Shown here: piece after piece, positions 15,305-25,195 of the stretch
How positions within the stretch are numbered: position 1 is the first letter of the stretch
How the letters are laid out: every line of letters starts with the position of its first letter
Source of the DNA: an uncultured bacterium
GTDB lineage: Bacteria; Patescibacteriota; Minisyncoccia; Phycocordibacterales; PALSA-1337
Assembly: GCA_903837075.1 (NCBI GenBank)
Contig: CAILTI010000010.1
Span: forward strand, 1 to 39,931
Direction: 5' to 3'
Length of the DNA: 39,931 nt
Position numbers and translations under genes: made by a program
Notes under the pieces: generated by a model
Database searches by the model: none
What the model saw: only the letters and a program-made list of their open reading frames with translations
Told to the model about the DNA's origin: nothing

Positions 15305-16006
15305 ATGAAACCCAAAACCATAGAGTCCTTAGCGAAACACATAGGTGTCGAATTCACCGACATCTCACTTTTGCGCATGGCATGTACTCATCGATCATTC
15401 CTGAATGAAAACAAGGGTTCTAGTAGTGAACACAATGAGCGACTCGAATTCTTGGGTGACGCTGTTCTCGAGCTCGTCGTCACGAGTTATCTGTTCAGAA
15501 AATATCCAAAGAAACAGGAAGGGGAATTGACCGCCTTCCGTTCTTCGATCGTGAATACGGTTAGCCTTACCAAGGTTGCGGAGAAGATCGGGCTGAATGA
15601 TTACATGCTCATGTCCAAAGGTGAATCCAAGGACAGTGGTCGTGCCCGTTCCGTCATTCTCGCCAATGCTGTCGAGGCAGTCATCGGTGCGATATATCTA
15701 GATGGTGGATACAACGCCGCGGCGAATTTTATTTCAGAAAGTATATTGAATACTATAGACATCGAGGAGATCGTCGCCAAGAAGACATGGATAGATGCCA
15801 AAAGTAAATTTCAGGAAAGGGCACAAGAGAAAGTCAGTATTACTCCGAATTACAAAACGCTCAAAGAAACTGGTCCTGACCATAACAAAGTATTCACTCT
15901 CGGTGTTTTCTTGGGTGATGTTCAGGTTGCTACAGGTTCAGGTTTATCAAAACAGGAAGCTGAGCAACAAGCGGCAGAGAAAGCTTTGCAGGTAAAGGGA
16001 TGGTAG
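15305..16006 (+). CDS. rnc: Ribonuclease III
   Basis: 233 aa with the signature ERLEFLGDAVLELVV and a C-terminal dsRBD (GPDHNKVFTLGVFL...GSGLSKQEAEQQAAEKAL). Confidence 0.95.
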   Translation: MKPKTIESLAKHIGVEFTDISLLRMACTHRSFLNENKGSSSEHNERLEFLGDAVLELVVTSYLFRKYPKKQEGELTAFRSSIVNTVSLTKVAEKIGLNDYMLMSKGESKDSGRARSVILANAVEAVIGAIYLDGGYNAAANFISESILNTIDIEEIVAKKTWIDAKSKFQERAQEKVSITPNYKTLKETGPDHNKVFTLGVFLGDVQVATGSGLSKQEAEQQAAEKALQVKGW

Positions 16007-16013
16007 GGGTAAT

Positions 16014-16087
16014 TAAATCCTAAACAAATTCTAATACCAATGTTTATCAATTTCAACCAATTGGTATTAGAATTTGTTTAGGATTTA
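16014..16087. repeat. Perfect 28-bp inverted repeat (hairpin) immediately downstream of rnc
   Basis: TAAATCCTAAACAAATTCTAATACCAAT (16014-16041) is the exact reverse complement of 16060-16087, with an 18-nt loop. Confidence 0.9.
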
Positions 16088-16140
16088 GATATTAGAATTT
16101 AGTATTTAACCAATTATGATACAATACATCTACTATCACT

Positions 16141-19100
16141 ATGCACCTGAAATCATTAGAAATTTCCGGATTCAAATCATTCGCAAAAAAGGCGAATCTA
16201 GAGTTCAATACCCCGATAACAGGCATAGTAGGCCCGAATGGATCCGGGAAGTGTGTTGATGGTGGAACATTGGTTCAACTGGAGGACGGGTCTATTAAAC
16301 CGATCAAAGAACTATTTGATATGGCTCAATCTCGAGCTCGAGCGGTTACGATGTTCGATGATGGAATGGCGGTTATCGATACCAATGTTTCATTTAACGT
16401 TGCTGCACTCAATTTATATACATTAAAAACAGATTGGCGTCACGTTACGGCTTTTGTCCGTCGAACGGCACCAGAGAAGATGCTGGAGATCAACACACGA
16501 TCAGGAAGAACGATCACAGCTACTCCATATCATCCATTGTTCGGGTGTGAAAATGGGACTGTTCATTCTGTTCGTGCCGACGCAGTAAAAACTGGTTTAC
16601 GTATCGCTACGCCAAGATCATTGCCAGTTGTTGGGAGGATGCAGCGCATAATGATGAAAGATGTCGCAGCCGCTTTCAAACCAGAAGATAACGTCTATGT
16701 CCCATACAGTCCGATTCTAGAAGAGCTTATGGATCTGCGAATGATAGAAAAGAGTGTGACGACGACGAGAGCGCTTGAGAGAGTCTCTGGTGTTGAGGAG
16801 TGTGTCTTTGCTCGTGTTCGAATGTCTCAAGCTATGCCTGTAACATATCTCCCGGCTTTGTGTGGTCCATACATATATACGTTTGGGAACCGCACATTGA
16901 AATCAAAGGGTGAGGGAACTATGAAGATACCTGAATATATCGATGAGGAAGTTGCCAGATTCCTTGGATACATCATAGCTGAAGGTAGGACATCTAGAAA
17001 TGGCCAGGTTTGGTATGTGAATGATGATCCAGCATCTGTAGCCGATTATGTTTCATGTGTTCGCAAATGCTTTGGTTTGGAAGCAAAAGTATTTTCTTAT
17101 AAAGGCGATACAAAAGATGTCATTACATTTTCCATAACGCTTGCCCGCGTATTGGACAAAATATTTGGCATGACGATCGAAGGACCATCTCGAACAAAGA
17201 AAGTGCCGCCACAGATATTCCAGTCTCGCGATCATGTAGTCGAGGCATTCCTCGGTGCTCTATATGATGGTGATGGACATTTCAGTTTCAAGATATCGAA
17301 AAGTAAGGGTAATAGGCAAGCCTACATCGAGTATACTTCTGCAAGTGAAGAGTTGGCGCGTGGCGTTTCGACTCTGCTACTTAGGTTGGGAATACTCTCA
17401 GACATACAAAAAAAAGAGAAGTGCGCCACGAACACGATTAAAAAGACGGTGCGACCATATTGGTCAGTTTATGTCTATGGTAATGCAAATATTCGTCGCT
17501 TTGTGGAAAGGATCCAACCGAAAGGGAGGAAATCAGCTACCGTAAGAGCTATGCTCGATATGGAGGCAAATCAGGGAAATCCCAATCATGATCTTATTCC
17601 TGGCATTATTGAGCCTTTACATGAACTTATAAAAGAGGCTGGTGTCAGTGTAAAAAAAGCTCGTAAAGAAAACTCGACACTAGCTGCGTATTATGAGAGA
17701 CGCTGTCTGCCTAGTCGAGGAGGAGTGGATAGAGTCATCGATTATCTAGAGTCAATTGTTCCTGAATCAAATACAGCATGGCGACAATGTGCGAACGAAC
17801 TTCGTAAGTTTGCAAGCTCAGATGTTTTGTGGGATGAGATCGTTTCGGTACGTGAGATTCCATCTGGAGAGTACGTTTACGATCTCACAGTTGATGAAGA
17901 CCATAATTTTATAGCCAATAATATATTTGCTCACAATAGTAATGTGGCTGAGGCCTTCAGATTCGTCCTGGGCGAGCAATCTATCAAGTCTCTGCGTGGC
18001 AAACGTGGTGAAGACATGATCTGGAATGGTGGTGGGGAGACTAGCGGAGGTTCAGGTAAAGGTAATAGAGCCAGCGTTAAACTGACTTTCGATAATTCCA
18101 GAAAGATATTTTCCTCGATCGACTTTGATGAGGTAGTGATCGAACGTGTCGTACATAGAGACAATGCAAATGAATATCTACTGAATGGCAGCCAGGTACG
18201 TCTCAAAGATATCATCGAGTTGTTAGCAACTGCACATATCGGCGCCAGTGGTCACCACATCATTTCGCAAGGAGAGGCCGATAGGATACTTTCGGCGTCG
18301 ATCCGTGAACGTAGGGAGATGGTTGAAGACGCATTGGGACTCAAACTCTACCAATGGAAGAAACTGGAAAGTCTGCACAAGCTAGAACGTACCGAAGAAA
18401 ACATGAAGCAGGTAGAGTCACTGCGCCGAGAGATCGCACCACATATCAGATTCTTGAAGAAACAGGTGGAGAAAGTCGAGAAAGCTGAGGAGCTCCGCAA
18501 AGAATTGATCGTGCTATACCAGGAATACTTCGCTAGCGAAGAATACTATCTGAACTCTGAAAAGAGCCGACTAGTAAAAGCACTGTCTGGTCCGCAACAG
18601 GAATTGTCAGACCTCGACCGCGCTTTGGAGAATGCCAAGAAGATCATTACTGATTCGAAATTCAAGGATTCGAAAAGTGACGCCGTCATCTCTGTCGAAA
18701 ATAGATTGGCGAAGGTGAGAGCAGACAAAGACTCCGTCGTGCGTGAGTTGGGTCGCATCGAAGGAGAGATTTCTGCAAACAGGAGAGCGATCGAAAAGGA
18801 GCATTCGCGAATGCAGGATGAAGAGTCAAAGACCGTCTATCTCCGAGATGTCGAGGAAGTAGTCAGGAATATTGAGAGATTGAATGATTCAAAGATCGAG
18901 GGACTGGACACGGCGGAGAAGGCCAGGAATTTCTTTCTCGAGATCATCTCCTCTCTCAAGTCATTTATTACCAAAAATAGATCCACGCACGAGTCTTCGT
19001 TCATCGGTGATGCCGAAAAGGAGATCGCCAACTTGACCGAGAAGAAGGTAGCATCAGACGCTACACTGCAAGCTTTGTCGAGAGACGAAGTGCAATTCCG

Positions 19101-20193
19101 TGCAGAATATGATTCGTTGAGAGACATTATAGAGAAAGAAAAAGATACCAACCGCGAGGCGGAGAAAGATGTATTCAAGATCATCGCCAGGCAGAACGAA
19201 GTCAGGGCGGTCGTGAACAATCTCACAGCGTCAAAGTTGACCGTAGGCCATGAGGAAGAAGCTTTCAAGAGGGAGATGGGTGAAGCTCATATGTTGGTTG
19301 GTCGCGATGCAGTGAATTGGGTTCCGATGGACATCATGTCCGTCGGATCCGTATCTGTTTCAACTAGACAACAGCAGGAGGAGCGCCGCAAGAAGATCGA
19401 GCGCAACAAAGTACGCCTGGAAGACTCTGGTGGCAGTGGTGGTGCAGAAGTTATGAAAGAATTTCGCGAGACAGAAGAGCGCGACGCTTTTTTGGCGAAG
19501 GAGTTGGAGGATCTGAAGAAGGCCGGAGAAGAACTCAGGAAACTGACGACCGAACTCGATGCACGAATAGATATGGAATTCAAAACGGGAATATTGAAGA
19601 TAAATAGCGAATTCAAGAAATACTTTTCTCTGATGTTCGGTGGCGGACACGCGGAGTTGACTGTCGTCAGAGAAGTTAGGCGCAAGAGGAAGGGCGATAT
19701 GGATGATCTCAGTGGACTGCTGAGAGGTGAGAGCGATGGAATGTTATCAGGAGAAATGTCAGCCCGCTTGGAAGGAGAAAGCTACTCCTCCCAAAAGGGA
19801 GCGATCGTTAATAATGAAAGTAATGAAGAACTATTGCCCGAAGGCTTGGACGTCAACGTCAGTCTCCCGAGGAAGAAGATCAAAGGCTTGATGATGCTCT
19901 CTGGCGGAGAGAGGGCACTGACGTCGATCGCTTTACTTTTCGCGATCTCTCAGGTAAATCCTCCACCATTCGTCATACTCGATGAAACAGATGCGGCACT
20001 AGACGAGGCAAATTCACGCAAGTATGGAGACATGATCGCAGATCTTTCGGAACATTCACAACTCATCCTGATCACGCACAATAGGGAAACCATGTCTCGT
20101 GCTGGAGTACTCTATGGCATAACGATGGGATCTGACGGTGCTTCACGACTGCTCTCTATCCAATTCGAAGAGGCGGTCAAAGTAGCGAAGTGA
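16141..20193 (+). CDS. smc: SMC-type chromosome condensation ATPase, interrupted by an intein. The spliced product would be about 788 aa.
   Basis: The N terminus is LEISGFKSFA..GIVGPNGSGK. After the intein come SNVAEAFRFVLGEQS, long coiled coils, the C-terminal signature LSGGERALTSIALLFAI, and Walker B PFVILDETDAALD. Confidence 0.9.
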   Translation: MHLKSLEISGFKSFAKKANLEFNTPITGIVGPNGSGKCVDGGTLVQLEDGSIKPIKELFDMAQSRARAVTMFDDGMAVIDTNVSFNVAALNLYTLKTDWRHVTAFVRRTAPEKMLEINTRSGRTITATPYHPLFGCENGTVHSVRADAVKTGLRIATPRSLPVVGRMQRIMMKDVAAAFKPEDNVYVPYSPILEELMDLRMIEKSVTTTRALERVSGVEECVFARVRMSQAMPVTYLPALCGPYIYTFGNRTLKSKGEGTMKIPEYIDEEVARFLGYIIAEGRTSRNGQVWYVNDDPASVADYVSCVRKCFGLEAKVFSYKGDTKDVITFSITLARVLDKIFGMTIEGPSRTKKVPPQIFQSRDHVVEAFLGALYDGDGHFSFKISKSKGNRQAYIEYTSASEELARGVSTLLLRLGILSDIQKKEKCATNTIKKTVRPYWSVYVYGNANIRRFVERIQPKGRKSATVRAMLDMEANQGNPNHDLIPGIIEPLHELIKEAGVSVKKARKENSTLAAYYERRCLPSRGGVDRVIDYLESIVPESNTAWRQCANELRKFASSDVLWDEIVSVREIPSGEYVYDLTVDEDHNFIANNIFAHNSNVAEAFRFVLGEQSIKSLRGKRGEDMIWNGGGETSGGSGKGNRASVKLTFDNSRKIFSSIDFDEVVIERVVHRDNANEYLLNGSQVRLKDIIELLATAHIGASGHHIISQGEADRILSASIRERREMVEDALGLKLYQWKKLESLHKLERTEENMKQVESLRREIAPHIRFLKKQVEKVEKAEELRKELIVLYQEYFASEEYYLNSEKSRLVKALSGPQQELSDLDRALENAKKIITDSKFKDSKSDAVISVENRLAKVRADKDSVVRELGRIEGEISANRRAIEKEHSRMQDEESKTVYLRDVEEVVRNIERLNDSKIEGLDTAEKARNFFLEIISSLKSFITKNRSTHESSFIGDAEKEIANLTEKKVASDATLQALSRDEVQFRAEYDSLRDIIEKEKDTNREAEKDVFKIIARQNEVRAVVNNLTASKLTVGHEEEAFKREMGEAHMLVGRDAVNWVPMDIMSVGSVSVSTRQQQEERRKKIERNKVRLEDSGGSGGAEVMKEFRETEERDAFLAKELEDLKKAGEELRKLTTELDARIDMEFKTGILKINSEFKKYFSLMFGGGHAELTVVREVRRKRKGDMDDLSGLLRGESDGMLSGEMSARLEGESYSSQKGAIVNNESNEELLPEGLDVNVSLPRKKIKGLMMLSGGERALTSIALLFAISQVNPPPFVILDETDAALDEANSRKYGDMIADLSEHSQLILITHNRETMSRAGVLYGITMGSDGASRLLSIQFEEAVKVAK
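16252..17937 (+). mobile_element. Full-length intein (562 aa) with a LAGLIDADG homing endonuclease domain, inserted in the SMC Walker A loop
   Basis: It starts with Cys (GSGK|CVDGGTLV). Block B is TATPYHPLF. The LAGLIDADG motifs are FLGYIIAEGRTS and FLGALYDGDGHFS. It ends ...VYDLTVDEDHNFIANNIFAHN|S with Ser at +1, and removing it restores GPNGSGKS. Confidence 0.9.
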
Positions 20194-20256
20194 TCACGTA
20201 GCAGTCATCCATTACAAAAAAGAGAATATTATAGAATTTAGATAAATTACAAAAAT

Positions 20257-21576
20257 ATGAAAATCAAAAAGAATCAAGAATTAATAATATTCATAGGTGT
20301 AATTCTGGTGGTATTGGCCATCAGTGCATTTTTTCTTTTTTCTAATACGAATATAGGAAGCTTATCAAAGAGTGCGCCCACGGATGAAACGTATGTGAAG
20401 TTCGACATGGAAGCATATGACAAGATCTTGAAAAATTACTGGATGCCAAAGAAGATGATGTCCGACACACAGCTCTCTGAAATATTCCGCCTCTCGGTGC
20501 AGAAAGTCACATCTGCCACGACAACATTGATCAATCGCGATGCGACGAGTACGGAGATCATGATCAGGAAGGCTATCGCAGTAGCAACATCGACTGCCGA
20601 CAAGAGAAGTATGGCATTGAATATCATCGCTGTAGTACTTTACAATCTCGAACCGATCGGGAGGAACGGACTTCATTCGGGAGATCAGGAACTGGCCTTC
20701 AGGCAAACAGTGAGCAATATCAGTTCGTCCACGGATCTATATGGAAATCTGAATATTCCGACAGGTTCAGATATCGATGCAGTTAACCAGGCATACAAGG
20801 AAAAAGCTGCGGAACTGGCTCGAGCTACGACAACAGAAGCAAAAGCAGAATTGAAACAGATAACATATGCTCATAAGGTGCTGACTGATACTGATACGAA
20901 GGCACTGTATGACGAGGCAAAGATCGAGCCGACAGTTTTCAAGAATATTTTCGGAAAGACATTGTATTTCAATCTAACTCGAGTTTCACCAACATCATTG
21001 CAAGAGTTTGGTCGTATGGTAGACAACGCGTCAACCACTTCGGGAATGGATAGTATGATCATAGACCTGCGAGGTAATATGGGTGGCGCCTTGGACTTTG
21101 TGACGGCCTTCCTGGGTATATTTATCGGTGAGAATCAATACGCATTTGATCTGTACCACCAAGGAGACATGCAAGTCCAGCGTACGACATTGGCGAAGTA
21201 TGATGAGCTCGGGCGCTACAAGGAGATAGCGATCCTAACTGACCGAAACTCTCTGTCATCAGCTGAACTCATGACTTCAACATTCAAACATTTCAAATTG
21301 GCACATTCTGTCGGTCAGACGACTGGCGGTTGGGGGACGGTCGAGAATACATATCCGATGGAAACTGTCATAGACTCTAGTCAGAGATATTTGCTATTGC
21401 TAGTGCACTCTCTCACGCTCCGAGGTGACAACAATCCGATAGAGGGGAATGGGGTAGAGCCGGATGTTAGTATCGACGATCCGAAATGGAAGAGTCTATT
21501 GGGCAATTACTTTGACTCACCGAGTCTCATCAAGGCACTCAAAGAGCACGCTAGCGTACCGCCAGTAACTATTTAG
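20257..21576 (+). CDS. Membrane-anchored S41 (tail-specific protease)-like protein, probably non-catalytic, with a J-domain-like helical segment lacking HPD
   Basis: 439 aa with an N-terminal TM. S41-like motifs are IIDLRGNMGG and AILTDRNSLSSAEL. TTGGWGTV sits where the S41 consensus has TFGKGTV. Confidence 0.6.
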   Translation: MKIKKNQELIIFIGVILVVLAISAFFLFSNTNIGSLSKSAPTDETYVKFDMEAYDKILKNYWMPKKMMSDTQLSEIFRLSVQKVTSATTTLINRDATSTEIMIRKAIAVATSTADKRSMALNIIAVVLYNLEPIGRNGLHSGDQELAFRQTVSNISSSTDLYGNLNIPTGSDIDAVNQAYKEKAAELARATTTEAKAELKQITYAHKVLTDTDTKALYDEAKIEPTVFKNIFGKTLYFNLTRVSPTSLQEFGRMVDNASTTSGMDSMIIDLRGNMGGALDFVTAFLGIFIGENQYAFDLYHQGDMQVQRTTLAKYDELGRYKEIAILTDRNSLSSAELMTSTFKHFKLAHSVGQTTGGWGTVENTYPMETVIDSSQRYLLLLVHSLTLRGDNNPIEGNGVEPDVSIDDPKWKSLLGNYFDSPSLIKALKEHASVPPVTI

Positions 21577-21715
21577 CATAGTTAGATATCGACGAGGCGA
21601 GGTCTTGCTGTATTTGACTACTGGTACCTTTCTGTATTAATATAAGTTAATAGTGAATCGTTCGTAGATGTGGCTATTACTAGCCCCCAATCACTAAACC
21701 CTATCCCCCAAATCT

Positions 21716-24418
21716 ATGCCTCCACTCAGCAAACTAACAACCAAGGCCCGCGAAGCATTGAAGAGAGCTCATGAGCTCGCTATCGAACGTGGTCAGAATC
21801 ATGTAAATCCAGTGCATCTACTTTGCGCACTCATACTGCAAGAAGAGAGTATGGTTGCTTCCATATTGGACCGATTGGAGATAGATACGCCGGTACTGAC
21901 CGACATAGTACTCGAGAGCATCGAGTCAACGGAGAATTCCAATGTGTTGTCACCTTCGTATCAGATATACCTCACGCCGGATCTGGCACAGACACTCGAT
22001 AACTCGATCCGAGTAGCTACGGCTCTCAAGGACGAGTTCATCTCAACGGAACATTTGTTCCTATCCATTTTCGATATTCCTAGTATTGCCAAAGACATCT
22101 TGGGTAGATTCAAGATCGACAAGGAGGCGGTCATAAAAGTCATCTCTGATCTCAAGACCAATCCCGCATCCAAGGACAATGAACCAAAGAAGTTTCGTGT
22201 TTTATACAAATACGCCAGATCTCTGACCAAGCTAGCCAAGGAAAACAAATTGGACCCAGTGATCGGTCGTGACGCGGAGATCATGCGCATCATACAGATC
22301 CTCTCTAGACGCACCAAGAACAATCCTATCCTGATCGGTGAAGCCGGTGTAGGCAAGACGGCCATCGTCGAAGGTTTGGCTCTCCGCATGTCACAAGGCG
22401 ACATACCAGAATCATTGAAGGACAAGGAGTTGGTCTCTCTCGATCTCGGATCCCTCATCGCTGGTACGAAATATCGCGGCGAGTTCGAGGAACGTTTGAA
22501 GAATATTCTGAAAGAAGTCGAGAAATCAGATGGCAAGATCATCCTCTTCATAGATGAGATACATACATTAGTCGGAGCTGGAGCTTCGGAAGGTTCCATG
22601 GATGCTTCCAATATGTTGAAGCCTGCACTGGCTCGAGGAGAACTCCGTGCGATCGGTGCAACTACTATCAAGGAGTATCAGAAATACATCGAGAGAGATC
22701 CTGCGCTCACGCGTCGATTCCAGCCAGTTTTCGTGAGTGAACCATCAGTCGATGATGCTATCGCCATCCTCCGTGGCCTCAAAGAGAAGTACGAACTATA
22801 TCATGGGGTCCGTATCACAGATGACGCCATCATTGCCGCAGTCAGTCTGGCTAGTCGATACATCACAGATAGGTTCTTGCCTGACAAGGTTGTCGATCTC
22901 ATAGACGAGGCTTCTTCATCATTGCGTATCTCGCTAGAGAATATGCCACCACAGCTAGAGGAAACTAGGAGGAAGATCATGCGCCTGGAGATCGAGAGGG
23001 AGGCTCTAAAGAAAGAGAAGAACAAGGAATCCAAAGAGCGCACAGTGAAGATCGAGGAAGATATCGCTGATCTCAAGGAGTCAACGTCAGAACTAGAACT
23101 GAAATGGAAGAATGAAAAGGAGACCATCGCTGATATAAAACGTATCAAGAAAGAGCTCGAGGTTCTGCGTATAGAGGGAGAGGCCGCGGAAGCTAGAACT
23201 GACTTGGCCAAAGCGGCAGAGATCCGCTATGGTCGTCTGCCTGCACTCGACAAGGAGCTCGAACAAAAGAACAAGCGACTAAAAAAGTTGCAGTCTTCAC
23301 GACGCATCCTGAAGGAAGAGATCAATGCCGAGGATATTGCCGCGGTTGTCTCTCGTTGGACGGGTATCCCGGTTGCTAGGATGATGGAATCTGAAGCCGT
23401 CAAGCTGACTCGCATGGAGGCAGATCTAGAGAAGAGGATAGTTGGTCAAGCCGAAGCCGTCACCAAGATCTCTGATACGATCCGTCGATCGAGGGCTGGC
23501 ATCGCTGATCCGAACAGACCGATCGGCTCATTCATCTTCCTCGGACCGACAGGTGTTGGGAAAACAGAACTTACCAAAGCTCTGGCAGAGTTGTTATTCA
23601 ATGATGAGAAATCCCTGATCCGCGTCGACATGTCAGAATTCATGGAGAAGCATTCCGTTTCAAAGTTGATCGGGGCACCTCCGGGATATGTTGGTTATGA
23701 TGAGGCCGGCGGACTCACTGAGACTGTGCGACATCGTCCTTACTCAGTTATCTTGTTCGATGAGATCGAGAAGGCCCATCCAGAAGTTTTCAATGTACTA
23801 TTGCAAGTTTTGGATAATGGTCGTCTGACGGACAGTAAAGGCCGCATAGTCAATTTCAGGAACACTGTTATCATCATGACCTCGAATATCGGAGCCCAAC
23901 ACATCGAGCGTATGGAGAAACTCGGATTCGCCAAGAATTCGACGAACAGAGAGAAGGAAAATTATGAAGAGGCCAAGACCAGGATCAACTCATCTCTCAA
24001 GGACTATTTCCGACCAGAGTTTTTGAATCGTATCGATGACATCATCATCTTTGACATTTTGGCACCTGAGGCTATCAGACAGATCGTCGATATACAGGTT
24101 GGTCAAGTCGTAAAACGTTTGAAGGAAAAGGGTATAGAGCTCACTCTAGATGTGGCAGTTTATGATCATCTAGCCAAGACCGGTTACAATCCTCAGTATG
24201 GTGCACGACCACTGAAGCGTCTCATACAAAATATGATCTTGACGCCAGTTGCCAACCTGCTCATAGGTCAGAAAGTTACGAAAGGTGGCACGATCAGCGT
24301 GCAGATACCTAGTGGTTCAGACAAGTTCACATTTGAAGTGAAGAACAAGAGGAAGGGAGAGAGTCCGATCATCACCAAAAATTTCGTTGGTAATGGTAGT
24401 GGGATGGTTAGTAAGTAA
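21716..24418 (+). CDS. clpB: ATP-dependent chaperone/disaggregase ClpB
   Basis: 900 aa with a Clp N domain, NBD1 [15 protein letters not shown], a coiled-coil middle domain, NBD2 [15 protein letters not shown], and the sensor region [10 protein letters not shown]. Confidence 0.95.
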   Translation: MPPLSKLTTKAREALKRAHELAIERGQNHVNPVHLLCALILQEESMVASILDRLEIDTPVLTDIVLESIESTENSNVLSPSYQIYLTPDLAQTLDNSIRVATALKDEFISTEHLFLSIFDIPSIAKDILGRFKIDKEAVIKVISDLKTNPASKDNEPKKFRVLYKYARSLTKLAKENKLDPVIGRDAEIMRIIQILSRRTKNNPILIGEAGVGKTAIVEGLALRMSQGDIPESLKDKELVSLDLGSLIAGTKYRGEFEERLKNILKEVEKSDGKIILFIDEIHTLVGAGASEGSMDASNMLKPALARGELRAIGATTIKEYQKYIERDPALTRRFQPVFVSEPSVDDAIAILRGLKEKYELYHGVRITDDAIIAAVSLASRYITDRFLPDKVVDLIDEASSSLRISLENMPPQLEETRRKIMRLEIEREALKKEKNKESKERTVKIEEDIADLKESTSELELKWKNEKETIADIKRIKKELEVLRIEGEAAEARTDLAKAAEIRYGRLPALDKELEQKNKRLKKLQSSRRILKEEINAEDIAAVVSRWTGIPVARMMESEAVKLTRMEADLEKRIVGQAEAVTKISDTIRRSRAGIADPNRPIGSFIFLGPTGVGKTELTKALAELLFNDEKSLIRVDMSEFMEKHSVSKLIGAPPGYVGYDEAGGLTETVRHRPYSVILFDEIEKAHPEVFNVLLQVLDNGRLTDSKGRIVNFRNTVIIMTSNIGAQHIERMEKLGFAKNSTNREKENYEEAKTRINSSLKDYFRPEFLNRIDDIIIFDILAPEAIRQIVDIQVGQVVKRLKEKGIELTLDVAVYDHLAKTGYNPQYGARPLKRLIQNMILTPVANLLIGQKVTKGGTISVQIPSGSDKFTFEVKNKRKGESPIITKNFVGNGSGMVSK

Positions 24419-24496
24419 ATGACAGTTTGGTCAAATACACAGATCAGTTTTGCCAATAAAGAGGAATTGTATTAGAATGACCGCACTGATCGATAT

Positions 24497-24579
24497 GCGC
24501 CGATCGGATAGCGGCTATTCCAGTGGACTGTAAATCCACGGCCCAATGGGCATCGGGGGTTCGAGTCCCTCTCGGCGCA
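24497..24579 (+). tRNA. tRNA-Tyr, anticodon GUA
   Basis: 83 nt: acceptor GCGCCGA/TCGGCGC, anticodon arm GTGGA-CTGTAAA-TCCAC, long variable arm, T arm GGGGG? (CGGGGGTTCGAGTCCCTC). The fold was done by hand. Confidence 0.85.
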
Positions 24580-24615
24580 CACGTTTATCAAGTTGAATCG
24601 TATAATTGTTATTCC

Positions 24616-24828
24616 ATGACTACAAAAGCATTTGAAAAATCAATTCAGAAACTCTCTTCCGAAATTTCGACACTTCGCAGTTTTGTGATTGAATCTGTAC
24701 GTAATGAAGATGATGAGGGTGAGTATAAGGGTTCTTTCCTAAAAAATGTCCGAAAAATGTTGAAACAACAACCAACACTGTCCTATTCTGGAAAGGGATC
24801 ACTACTTCGTCAGCTCAGGAGGCTATGA
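24616..24828 (+). CDS. Small antitoxin-like protein (tentative)
   Basis: 70 aa, starting at ATG 24616 after the tRNA. Its stop overlaps the next ATG as ATGA (24825-28), the typical toxin-antitoxin coupling. Confidence 0.4.
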   Translation: MTTKAFEKSIQKLSSEISTLRSFVIESVRNEDDEGEYKGSFLKNVRKMLKQQPTLSYSGKGSLLRQLRRL

Positions 24829-24968
24829 AGATCGTTTATTCTAAAGACTTCCTGAAACAAGTTGGTGCCTTGCCAACCAAGGTTCAGGAACAATTGGATA
24901 CTTTGGTTCACATATTATCTAACGACCCATTTTATCCAACCCTCCATAGGTTTATTGGCGTGTTATGA
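24825..24968 (+). pseudogene. Truncated RelE/ParE-family toxin (N-terminal 47 codons only)
   Basis: MKIVYSKDFLKQVGALPTKVQEQLDTLVHILSNDPFYPTLH matches the usual RelE/ParE N terminus. The ORF then stops before the catalytic C-terminal half. Confidence 0.55.
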
Positions 24969-25168
24969 AAAAACGTCTTATTGATGAAGGTTCAAATGAA
25001 ACCGTTACAAAGTGTAACGGGTTGAAAATGGTGGCTCCAGACGGCAAAATGCGCTTAACTGACGTTGCTGATACGGAGATAATGTTATACGGGTATGACT
25101 ACCAGAGAATACAAGAATTTAAAGGATCTGAAGAAGAAGGAGAATCTGCGCGACAATTGGAGAACTAG
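24965..25168 (+). pseudogene. Fragment of a DinD / Bro-N-like (DNA-damage-inducible protein D family) gene
   Basis: LKMVAPDGKMRLTDVADTE ... YQRIQEF resembles the conserved ..DGK..TD.ANTE...VGYERIQEIE region as I recall it. The N-terminal domain and an internal segment are missing. Confidence 0.4.
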
Positions 25169-25195
25169 AAAGAACAAATTAATTAAATGAAGAAA

